Source of the DNA: Chiloscyllium plagiosum
Lineage: Eukaryota
Direction: 5' to 3'
Length of the DNA: 36,709 nt
Assembly (NCBI RefSeq): GCF_004010195.1
Contig: NC_057717.1
Location: 103,218,985 to 103,255,693 of the forward strand
Both the position numbers and the translations under genes were made by a program. The notes beneath the pieces are model-generated. The model did not search any database and was not told the DNA's origin. It saw nothing but the letters and a program-made list of their open reading frames with translations. This document shows, piece by piece, positions 22,245 through 32,749 of the stretch (the first letter of the stretch is position 1; each line of letters starts with the position of its first letter).

Positions 22245-23398
22245 ATCTGTGTTTATAAGTTTTCGAAAGATATTTAGTAAGGTACTGCGTATAATGCTGC
22301 TTAATAAGATATGAGCCTAACCTGTTTGGAGGTAATATATTAGCTTGGACAGAGGATTGGTTAACTAATTGAAGGCAGAGAGTTGGGATAAAGAGAGCAC
22401 TTTCAGGATAGCAGCTTGAAACTTGTGGAGTGCCACAGGCAATAGTGCTAGGAACATAAATATTTCCAATATATAGTAATGACTTGGACAAGCAAAGTGA
22501 ACGTGCTTGAATGACGCAAACTAGGTAGAAAGGCAGGTGATAATGGCACAAGGAGTCTACTGAGGGATATGGACAGGTTAATTGAGTCGGCAAAAACTTG
22601 GCAGATGGAGTAGAACATGGGAAAATGTGAGGTATGTACTTTGGCAGGAAGAATGGAGGAGCTAAATATTACTCAAAAGAAGAAAACTGCAGTACAGAGA
22701 GAGTTGGAAATCCTCATGCACGAATCATTCAAAGCTTGCATCCACATTCATTAGGGAAGGTAATAAGGAAGACAAGCTTATTTCAAAGGGATTCCCTATA
22801 ACAATAGGGAAGTCTTGTTAAAACTACCCAAGATATTAGTCAAAACCCCACCTAGAATATTGTGAGCACGTTTGGTGCCCTTATCCAGGAAATCCAAAGA
22901 AGGTTCACTAAGTTGATATGGAATTGGGAGATTTTCTTGCGTGGAGAGGTTGTATAGATTGAGCCTGTGTTCATTGGAGTTTAGAACATTGAGAAGCAGC
23001 CTGATTGAAAGATACAAGTTTCAACAATCAACATATCCTGCAAGGAACCGGTCTTTCGAGGATGTGACAGGGTGGAGGTGGTTTCCCCTTCCAAGAGAGT
23101 TTAGCACCAGAGAGTATAATCTTGGAGTGAGGGGTCACCCATTAAAACAGAGGTAAGGAGGACTTTTTTTTCCTCTCAGAGGATAGTCAATCTGTAGAAT
23201 TCTTGGCTGCAGAGGTTCTGGTGAAAATGGGCCATTAAGTACATTCAAGGGTGATTCAGGAAAAGAAATCAAAGGTCCTGTGCAGACGACGGGAAAGTGA
23301 AGTTGTGGATTATCAGATCAGCCACGATCTCATTAAATGCTAGAACTGACTCAATGGACAGAATGGCCAACTGCTGTTCCTACACCTTATGGTTCTTT
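22245..23398 (+). mobile_element. Degenerate CR1 LINE 3' ~1.1 kb
   Basis: GGAGTGCCACAGG (GVPQG), AATGACTTGGA (NDL) and 3' tail motifs; many stops and frameshifts. Confidence 0.8.
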
Positions 23399-23596
23399 GT
23401 TTTTAACCTCTTTATGATCTTGATATTCTTTCAAAATTTGGTGGCTGGATTCAGAGTGAAGATAGTGCCCCAACAGAAGGCTAACCAGTAATTTATTAAT
23501 CTAGTTGAATTTAGCGTTAATTTGGCATAGCTGTCCCTTACTTTTGCATTCTGCCTCCTTTAATAAAGCCAACAACTCTATTTGTTTTTAAGCAGT

Positions 23597-23686
23597 ATCC
23601 TCGGATGCTGCCTGACCTGCTGTGCTTTTCCAGCACCACTCTAATCTCAATCTGATCTCCAGCATCTGCAGTCCCCACTTTCGCCT
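23597..23686 (+). mobile_element. PLE terminal repeat fragment
   Basis: CCTCGGATGCTGCCTGACCTGCTGTGCTTTTCCAGCACCAC...CCAGCATCTGCAGTCC. Confidence 0.8.
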
Positions 23687-23871
23687 TGCTTTCTTAACAT
23701 GTCCAGCCACATTCCAAGACAAGTATACATCCACTCCCAGGTCTCTGTTCCTGCACAACCTTTAAAATTATAGCATAATTATAACACTGAGGGAGGTGAT
23801 GGCCTAGTGGTGTTATCGCGGGAGTTTTAATCCAGAGACCAGGTAACATTCTGGGAGCTTTGGTTTGAATC

Positions 23872-24432
23872 ACACTGCAACTATACAAAACGCTAGTGCG
23901 GCTGCACTTGGAATATTGTGTACAGTTCTGGTCGCCCCATTACAGGAAGGACGTGGAGGCATTGGAAAAGGTGCAGAGGAGATTTGCCAGGATGTTGCCT
24001 GGTCTGGAGGGAAGGTCTTATGAGGAAAGACTGAGAGACTTAGGTCTGTTCTCATTGGAAAGAAGAAGGCTAAGAGGGGACTTGATAGAGACATACAAGA
24101 TGATCAGAGGATTAGATAGTTTAGATAGTAGAAGTCTTTTTCCTAGGATGATGATATCAGCTTGTACGAAGGGGCATAACTACAAATTGAGGGGTGATAG
24201 ATTGAAGACAGATATCAGAGGCAGGTTCTTTGCTCAGAGAGTGGTAAGGGCGTGGAATACCCTGCCTGCCAATGTAGTTAACTCAGCCACATTAGGGAGA
24301 TTTAAACAATCCTTGGATAAGCACATGGATGATGATGGGATAGTGTAGGGGGATGAGCTGAGAATAGTTCACAGGTCGACGCAACATCGAGGGCTGAAGG
24401 GCCTGTTCTGCACTGTATTGTCCTATGTTCTA
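23872..24432 (+). mobile_element. Young 5'-truncated CR1 LINE
   Basis: Uninterrupted ORF 23896..24348 (RLHLEYCVQFWSPHYRKD...RRRLRGDLIETYKMIRG...QRVVRAWNTLP); CTATGTT tail; TGAATC flanking repeat. Confidence 0.95.
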
Positions 24433-24584
24433 TGAATCCCTCCACGGCAGATGGTGGAATTTGAATTCAATAAAATACCTGGATGAAGAGTCTAATGGTG
24501 ACCATGAATCCTTTGCTAATTGTTGTAAAAATATGGCTCACTAATGTCCTTTAAGGAAGGAAACTGCCATCCTCATCTGGTCTG

Positions 24585-24771
24585 AGACAAAAAAAACGTA
24601 GATGCTGAACTCCAAAATAGACCGGCAGAAGGCTGGAAGAACACAGCAGACCAGGCAGCATCAGGAGGTGGGGACACCCCTGTCCTGAAGAAGGGTTACA
24701 CCTGAAATGTCGACCTCTCCACCTCCCGATGCTGCCTGGTTTGCAGTATTCTTCCAGCCTCCTGCCTGTCT
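24585..24771. mobile_element. Foldback PLE terminal repeat with hammerhead-like motif between the arms
   Basis: Arms 24619-24671 and 24719-24771; GTC-CTGAAGA-A-GGGT-tac-ACCT-GAAA-TGTC-GAC at 24682-24714. Confidence 0.85.
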
Positions 24772-25417
24772 GTCCTTACCTGCTCTGTCCTGCATGTGAC
24801 TCCAGAACCACAATAATGTGGTTGCCTCTTAACTGCCCCCTGGGTAATTAAAGATGGGCAGTAAATGCTGGGCTGGCCGTGAATGAATAAACAAAAAGAT
24901 TAGGTTACATTGCCTGTCCCCAGTCTCCTGACCAAACTGTTTTATTTTGCTGTGTTGGGTTTTATTCATCACAGTTTATGTCATTAAACCTACGCCTTCC
25001 TGAAGCCTGCCACTATCCTGCTCTTTAATTAATAGCTTTGGAGTTTCATGCCATCTGCAACCATTGAAACTCTGCCCTGTCTCCCCAGGTCTGGGTTATT
25101 CATACCTTTCGATAGAAACAGTAATCCTGTAAACGTCCCTGATTTCTGCTTTCTGTCTCCAAGCCAATTTCATAATTGTGTTGCCACTTGGCCTCAGTCC
25201 CATTGGCTTCAATTTTGTGAACAAACTTTATAACCAGATAATTTATTCTTGCAGATATTTGTTCGGGGATAAATATTGACTGGAGAGAGCTCCCCTTTGA
25301 AGTCATTTTATTTTTCCATTGACCTGCTCACTCCAGCCTTGCAGGTGATGAATGCTGAATTATGCTGAAGCCTATGTGTGTTGGTCTTGGAGGGATGGTA
25401 TGTTGAAGGTGTTAGTA

Positions 25418-26312
25418 GACCATAGGAACAGGAGGAGGCCACTCAGCCCATTGAGCCTGCCCCACTGTTCTGGCTGATCAAACACTTCAATATCTTTTAC
25501 CCACTACCCCATTCCTCTAACCCTCTACCCCACTGGTAATCAATCTGGACCTTAAACATACTCCAAAACTGAACTTTGACAACCCTCTGTGATAGAGAGT
25601 TCCAAAGGATCACAACCCTTTGAATAAAATTATTTCTCCTCATCTCAGACCTGAGTGATATCCCCCTTATTTTTAAAATGTGTTCCACAGTCACAGATTC
25701 CACAGGCTGGGAAACATCTGCATTGATCTATCACTTCAAGTATTTTGTAAGTTTCGATGTGATCACCTCTCATTCTTTGAAACTGTAGAGAGTACCAGCC
25801 CAGTTTACCTAATGTCTCTTTATAGGACACTTCCACTGGCCCAGGAACAAGTCTGGTGAACCTTTGTTACACTCCCTCTAATGGCAATAATATCTCTCCT
25901 GAGATAAGGAGACCAAAACTGCACACCATACTCTCGGTGTGCTCTAACCAAGCTCCTATATAATTGAAGTAAGACTTCACTACTCCTGTACATAGATCCT
26001 CTTGCAATAAAGGCAAACACTCCATTAATCTTCCCAATAGCTTGCTGCACCTACATGTGAGACTTCAATGTCTTATCATAAGGATAAGGATACCAGCTCC
26101 CTTTGTACATCTAAGTATTACAACTTCTTACCGTTTAAGAAATTCTCTGCACATCTGTTTCTCCAAGGTGCATAACTTCACATTTTTCCATGTTTTATTT
26201 CATCTGCCGCGCTCTCGCCCATTCACTAACTCTATCCAAATCCTCCTGAAGCCACACTACAACTTCCTCACAGTGCACCTTCCCACTTGGCTTTGTATCA
26301 TCCACAAGTTTG
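25418..26312 (-). mobile_element. CR1 LINE 3' fragment
   Basis: ORFs LLQLYRSLVRAHREYGVQFWSPYLRRD, MRGDHIETYKIL and FIQRVVILWNSL in successive frames. Confidence 0.9.
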
Positions 26313-26542
26313 CTGGTTTTTAAGGCTTCGCTAGAGGCTTATTCTCATTTGTATCCATCTCAACCTGTCAACATATCTTGCTTGGAACCAACCCTTAGAT
26401 GCCACATGCATCTGTAAAGTACTTTCCACCTTTGTAAGTGCAGCCACTGCTGTAACGCGGAAGTTGATTTGCAATCAGCAAGGTCACCCCCTCCAAACAT
26501 TCACACAGTAATGGTCAGATAGGATAACGCCATAGAAGGCGC

Positions 26543-27255
26543 TGGTCTAGTGGTATTATCGTTGCACTGTTAATCCAGAGTCCCAGATAATGCTCTGGTA
26601 CCTGGGTTTGAATCTGCCCATTAGAGATGGTGGAATTTGAATTCAATAAAGATCTGGAAATAGGAGTCTAATGATGACGTGAATCTGTTGTCAGAAAAGC
26701 CCATCTGGTTCACTCATATCCTTTAAGGAAGGGAGCTCCCATCCTTACCTGGTCTGGCCTGCATGTGACTCCAGATCCACAGCAATGTAATTGATTTTCA
26801 ACTGCTCGCTGAGCAATTAGGGATGGGCAATAAATGCTGACCGAGACAGCAGCAGTAGTTCGTACCATCTACAAGATGCACTGCAGAAATTCATCAAAGA
26901 TCCTCAGACAGCACCTTCCAAACCCACAACCACTTCCATCTCGAAGGGCAGGGGCAGCAGGTACTTGGGAACACCACCCCCTACATGTTCCCCTCCAAGC
27001 CACTCACCACCCTGACTTGGAAATATACCCCCATTTCCTTCATAGCCGTTGGGTCAAAATCCTGGAATTCCCTCCCTATTGATATTGTGGGTCAACCCAC
27101 AGCAAATGGACTGCAGCGGTTCAAGAAGGCAGCTCACCCCCACCTTCTCAAGAGCAAATAGAGCTGGGCTATCAGTGCTGGTCAGCCAGCGAGGCCCAAG
27201 GCACACAAATAAATAAAACAAAAGCCAGTGGCACCCTCATCCTGTGCATGAACAA
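26543..27255 (+). mobile_element. SINE family B with a partner-LINE fragment (26845-27220) within its tail
   Basis: SINE runs to ...GGGCAATAAATGCTG, then LINE ORF TIYKMHCRNSSKILRQHLPNP..., then the SINE tail resumes GCCAGTGGCACCCTCATCC. Confidence 0.8.
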
Positions 27256-27684
27256 ACAGAAGTACTGAAGCTTCTGAAGTTCAGCATATTATGTTGCACC
27301 TTCCGAGTCTTTGATAACAAGGCACTCAGTGAAGACTTGTGCATCTCTCAGTCACTAATTGAAGTAAATACCGGTCTCAGCTAACAAACCTGACAGGAAT
27401 AGATGATTCTGCATAATTTATTTTGAAGCCTGTGTGTAAGTAGCATCACTGACATTTCAAAATATCATAGATCATCTTTAAAATCATTCTTAATGGGGAT
27501 TAATGGAACAAAGGGTCTGTTTTGCAGTATGTGTCATCAAGTTCCATCTCTCGCCAGGGTTGAATCCTGTTCTGATGGACTGATAAAAAATTTTCATGAC
27601 CACTGGACATCATCCAACACTTTGCAGTCATTGAAGAACGCGTGCAATGTTGTCCTGGCTATGATATAGGAGCTACCAAAAACA

Positions 27685-27850
27685 TCATAGAATCATTGCA
27701 GTGTGGAAGCAGGCCATTCGGCCCATTGAGTCCACACTGACTCATCCCCGTAACACCACATTTCCCATGGCCACTCCATCTCGCAATCACATCGCTCGAC
27801 ACTACGGGCAATTTACCATGACCAGTACAACTAACCTGCCCATCTTTGGC
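27685..27850 (-). mobile_element. HE1 SINE 3' fragment
   Basis: CATAGAATC tail, GGCCATTCGGCCCA, GGGCAATTTACCATG. Confidence 0.75.
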
Positions 27851-27859
27851 CTTCAGTGA

Positions 27860-28192
27860 AATAATGGTCAGATGATGTGCTTTCAGTAATGTTGGAAGGA
27901 TGAATATTGACTGGGACACCAGTGACAATTCCTTTGCTCTTCTTCAAAGTAGTCGCATGGGAGTTTTTTTTTTAATGTCCACCTGCGAGGTTGCACACAT
28001 GAAAAGGCAAAATAGGGTTTGATTGCAGATTTAATGCCTGACCCAAAAGTCAGCAACTGCATTAGCATGGCCCTCCCTTGGTCCTGCACTGGACTGCCAG
28101 CCTTGATTCAAGTTCTCAATTCTCCTGCATGTGGCTTGAACGTATAACCTTGCACCTCAGAAGCAACATGGCTATCAACTCAGTCATGGCTA
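27860..28192 (-). mobile_element. Deu-domain SINE (SacSINE1/AmnSINE1-like), old
   Basis: TGCTCTTCTTCAAAGTAGT-GCATGGGA...GTCCACCTG...CCTCCCTT..CTGCACTGGA resembles the Deu-domain; tRNA-like head at the right end. Confidence 0.65.
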
Positions 28193-28329
28193 CTGCTAAT
28201 AGCCTACCCGGCCAATGACCTACATGCACATGGATCCACGATGTAAATCTGCCTAGCAACTGGCACTCACTCTGTGGATTGAGAATTGGGGGAATAAGAG
28301 ATTCTTTTGGTGCCCCCAGTGCTTTGGTC

Positions 28330-28666
28330 CCAATTCACTAAATATCAAACAGATCCTTGCAAACCTTCTATCTTTGCCATCCAGAAGGACAAGGCAAGCA
28401 GATGCATGGGAGCACCACACCCAGCAAGTTCCCCTCCAAGCCATTCACCATCCCAACTTGGAAATATATTGCCGTTCCTTCACTGTCACTGGTCAAAATC
28501 CGGAATCTTCTCCCCCTCCAAAAGCATTGTGGGTTAACATACAACATGTGCACTGCAGTAATTCAAGAAGGTAGTTCATCATCACCTTCTCAAGGGCAAC
28601 TAGGAATGGGTAATAAATGCTGGCCCAGCCAGCAATGCCCATGTCCCATGATTGAATCATAAAAAA
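28330..28666 (+). mobile_element. CR1-group LINE (second family) 3' end
   Basis: ADAWEHHTQQVPLQAIHHPNLEIYCRSFTV; tail GGGCAACTAGGAATGGGTAATAAATGCTGGCCCAGCCAG. Confidence 0.85.
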
Positions 28667-28747
28667 GATGAATTGGAGGTGGTCTGGTGCACTGACACTG
28701 TATACAATAGCTGGGATTGGATTAGTGTGTTATTGTTCCCCATTCTC

Positions 28748-28924
28748 ATAGAACATAGAACATAGAACATAGAAGAATACAGCGCAGTACAAGCCCTTCG
28801 GCCCTCGATGTTGCGCCGATCCAAGCCCACCTAACCTACACTATCCCACTATCCTCCATATGCCTATCCAATGCCTGCTTAAATGCCCATAATGAGGAAG
28901 AGTCCACCACTGCTACTGGCAGGG
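28748..28924 (-). mobile_element. Short young CR1 3' end with (CATAGAA)n tail
   Basis: CATAGAA x3, GCCCTTCGGCCCTCGATGTTGCGCCG; CATTCTC on both flanks. Confidence 0.85.
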
Positions 28925-30204
28925 CATTCTCCACCCAATAAAATCTTTAGCTCATTCAAAATTCTTCTAAATATCCCAACTCTTAAATAGTCCAATTCAC
29001 CAGTGCCCACTAATCTATATTGCCAACATCAATCAAATCCCAACATGAGTTCCCTCCTCCGTATCACCACAACTTTCTCCAGCCCTATATGACATCTCCG
29101 TTCCAGCAATTCCGGACTTTTGAATGCCCCCAGTTCCCGTCTTTCCCCATCATGGCAGTCAATGCCTTCAGGCTTAGGCTTTGGAATCCCCTCCATCAAT
29201 CTGCTGCCTCCCTCCCCTCTCCAGAACACCCACCTCTTTATCCCAACAGGGGCTGTCCCATGTTGTATGACAGCAAGCTTCAAGGTCCTGGTTCCAGAGG
29301 TGCTAGATGAATGGGCATTGTTGTTGTAATTGACTTGGTGAGACATACTGGATCCAAATGCTCCATTTGTGTTGTCATTGCAGTAAGGGGATGGGGGTGG
29401 GGGGTGAGGTGCTGCTCGCAGGAATAATGATGATCCTCATTATCCTGCAGTCAGGGGATCATTGTGTCTATTTATCAGGAGTTGACTTTCCATTCTAATG
29501 GAATCATTTCTAATGTGATTCTCCTGGGTTTGACCCTGTTGATTTTCCACCTCAGCACAAACAGCAATGATATGATCTTTGCCCATAAGGCTCTTTGTCA
29601 GTGTCAATATCATTCAAACAATGGAAATTATAACGAGAAACTTCATGCAGCAGAGTGTATTTTCAAATCCAATGGCAGTGGAGATTTGTATCTGTAATGC
29701 CTTAAAAGAATATTCTGCGAAGTATATTTGCTTTTAATCAAGATATTAATCTTCTTATGTTAAATACATTAATCTGGTGTGTGAGGGGGTTTCTTATGAA
29801 TGATAAATCTTTCATCCTCAAACATTTCAATCACTTTCGGGCCAAATTGTTTGCAGCAAAGAAAATAAGGAGAGGTGGTAAAAAATCTTCGCTGAAAATA
29901 GAGCAGGTGCACTCCATCTCTTAACATGAAAGAAGCTAACACAACATAATTTGCTAGAATGCTTCAATAATGATGAACATTAATGATTCACATACACATA
30001 GGGGCCACATATGAAGCCGTGATCTGAAAGGATTTGGAGTTCTGGTGCAGTCTTCACAGCATTGCCGGGGCTAACTTGATCCTAAAGAGGTAATTAGCAT
30101 TCTTGGTTTCCTGTGAATTAATGAGATACACAGGGCTGAGGAGCTTGTGGGCAGGAATGGAGATGTGATGTGGTTTTTCCATTGAGTTGCCCCCAGTAGG
30201 GTTG

Positions 30205-30560
30205 GTGATGGCCTAGGGGTGTTATCGCTGGACTATTAATCCAGAAACCCAGGTAATATTCTGGGGACCTGGGTTCAAATCCTACCATGGTGGAATTTGA
30301 GTTTAAGTTTTAAAAATAAAGCCTGAATTAAGAGTCTACTGGTGACCCAGAATCCATTGTGGATTGTTAGAAAACTCCCGTCTGGTTCACCACGTCCTTT
30401 AGGGAAGGAAGCTGCCATCCTTACTTGGTCTGGCCTATGTATGATTCCAGAACCACAGCAATGTGGTTGACTCTTAACTGCCCTCTGGGCAATTAGGGAT
30501 GGGAAATAAATGCTGCCTAGCCAGTGACGCTCTCATCTCATGAATGAGTAAAGAAAAAGA
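30205..30560 (+). mobile_element. SINE family B, full length
   Basis: TGGCCTAGGGG A-box, GGTTCAAATCC B-box, central block and LINE-derived tail. Confidence 0.9.
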
Positions 30561-30781
30561 AAGCTGGGCTAAGTAAGAAAATGAGGGAGTCCCTCAAGGG
30601 TGCTCCGCAATCCAACCAGATCATATGAATGCACAAAATAAGAGCATAAGGAGGCCGTTCGACTTCTCAAGATGCTTCTCCATTCATTAGATTGTGACTG
30701 ATCTGTACCCCTTCTCCAGGTATCCTTCCTACCATTACACTATTACCTCAATCTTGTAAACTCTAATTTTCCGACACTATC

Positions 30782-31009
30782 TGAAATAAATCCATAAAGG
30801 CTGGCATCCCATCATCCTTTATTTACACGTGCATAGTATACAACACTGACCTAGCTAGCTCAGAGCCAGCTCTCAGAGTGAACAGAACCTCTGACCCTCC
30901 TGTTTGTATCTGTCAGCCAGGGCTCCCTGATTGGACCAGGTTAACAGCCCCAATCTGGGAACTCATATTCTATGAGGTCCACCTGGCTGACATTGCTCCA
31001 AACACTACA
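30782..31009 (-). mobile_element. Short solo LTR (228 bp)
   Basis: TG...CA termini; minus-strand CCAAT box and AATAAA near the 3' end; no clean TSD. Confidence 0.6.
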
Positions 31010-31375
31010 GTGTCCAGAGATTGCCAGGACCTACTTTGGATTATTCCCTCCTCTGTGAGAAGAAGGTCTTCTCAATTTCCCTCATGAATCTCTGACTTTA
31101 AAGATTTCTCCTTCATTCTTGATTTCCCCACTAAAGGGAATGATTCCCCAAGGTAAATGCTTTGTCGAATCTCTTTAACATTCCCTACAGATTGATCAGA
31201 CCACCCCTCCATCTTCTCCACACAAGGGAAATGAAACCTGATGTATGTGACCTTCACTCGGAGGTGAACGCTCAAAGACTTGGTATAAATGGGATGGGAA
31301 AGCTGAAGATCAAAAATCTCTCCCATTGACCTATCGGATCCTCAGATGCCGCAAGCAATTTTTAATGTCGGCTGT

Positions 31376-31780
31376 TATAGAGTCATAGAGGTCTACAGCA
31401 TAGAAACAGGCCCTTCGGCCTAACGTGTCCATACTGCCCAGTCTTCAGGAGAAAATGAAGGGCTTACTCCCGAAACACCGATTCTCCTGCTCCTTGGATG
31501 CTGCCTGACCTGCTGTGCGTTTCCAGCACCACATTCTTGCCTCTTCCCAGTCTTCACAATTAAACTAGTCCGATTTGCTTTTATTTGGTCAATAGCCATC
31601 TATACCTATCCCGTCCATGTATCTGTCTTAAATGATGAAATTGTGCCCACCTTTACCACTCCCCCTGGCAGCCCATTCCAGACACTCACCACACCCTGTG
31701 TGAAAAGATTGCCTCACTGCATCCTTTTGTACATCTCCCCTTTCACCTCAAACCTATCCCCTCTAGTTTTAGACTCCCCA
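31376..31780 (-). mobile_element. CR1 3' end containing a PLE terminal insert (31448-31545)
   Basis: CATAGAG tail; insert flanked by CCCAGTCTTCA at 31437-31447 and 31546-31556. Confidence 0.85.
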
Positions 31781-31829
31781 GCCATTCCAGATCTTCCTAG
31801 AAGCTCAGTCCAGGCCTCCAGGTTGCTTT

Positions 31830-31990
31830 TAAATATGCAGATGTTTTGGATGTAGGTTTGCCTGCTGAGCTGAAAGGTTCATTTCCAGATGTTTCGTCAC
31901 CATACTGGGTAACATCTTCAGTGGGCCTCCAGGCGAAGCACTGCTGATACTTTCTATTTATACGTTTGGGTTTCTTTGGGTTGGTGATGT
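31830..31990 (-). mobile_element. PLE 3' terminus, same family as 6500-6700
   Basis: Reverse-complement match (ACCAACCCAAAGAAACCCAAAC...GGCCCACTGAAGAT). Confidence 0.8.
31885..31924 (-). ncRNA. Minimal type I hammerhead ribozyme-like motif
   Basis: CCA-CUGAAGA-U-GUUACC-caguau-GGUGAC-GAAA-C-AUC-UGG: core boxes, 6-bp stem II, 3-bp stem I. Confidence 0.65.
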
Positions 31991-32176
31991 TAGTAAAGCT
32001 GCAGAACTGCGTGCTCTGAGCTGCACATGCTTTCTTTTGATTAATTCCTAAAAGATCAGGGGCTGAGCCAGCCTTCATCGCCCACCCCTAACCCTCCTTG
32101 AACTGAGTGACTTTCTCGAACTTTTCAGAGGGCAGCTAAGAGTCAATCCATTGCTCTAGGTCTGGCATCATGTGTA

Positions 32177-32415
32177 GAACTTAAGAACATAAGAAATTGG
32201 AGGAAGAGTAGGCCATCTGGCCCATCGAGCCTATTCCACAATTCAGTAAGATTAAGATTGATTTTTCCATGGACTCAGCTCTCACTGTAACCCTTAATTC
32301 CTTTACTGTTCAAAAATTGATCTATTTTTACCTTAAAAACACTCAATGAGGTAGCCTCAACTGTTTCACTTGACAGGGAATTCCACAGATTCCCAACCCT
32401 TTGGATGAAGAAGGT
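32177..32415 (-). mobile_element. CR1 3' end inside an antisense SINE B (~32075-32580)
   Basis: AGAACATAAGAA tail, GGCCATCTGGCCCATCGAGCCT, GAATTCCACAGATT. Confidence 0.7.
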
Positions 32416-32580
32416 ACTAGGACAGACTGGGTAAGGATGCCCAACAAAAATTAATTGTCTTTATATGATCGCCTTCAGAGCAGTTTTTATTGTAAACTCC
32501 AGAACTATGAATTGAATTCAAATTTGACCTATCTGCTCCCAGTGGGATTCAAACCCACATCCCCAGACCATCAATCTGAG

Positions 32581-32695
32581 AGGCAAAAGTGAGGACTGCA
32601 GATGCCAAAGTTTAGATCAGAGTGGTGCTGGAAAAATACAGTGGGTCAGGCAGCATCCGAGGAGCAGGAAAATCGACGTTTCGGGTAAAAGTCCC
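32581..32695 (-). mobile_element. PLE terminal repeat fragment
   Basis: GTGAGGACTGCAGATGC...GGCAGCATCCGAGGAGCAGGAAAATCGACGTTTCGGG. Confidence 0.8.
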
Positions 32696-32749
32696 CGAGA
32701 CTCTAGATTACTAATCCTATAACATCGTTGGTCTGATTCGAAATCATTG

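Larger units (their letters stand above)
23795..24897 (+). mobile_element. SINE family B split by a CR1 and by a PLE foldback
   Basis: Pieces 23795-23871, 24433-24584 and 24772-24897 are colinear with the copy at 30205-30560. Confidence 0.85.
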
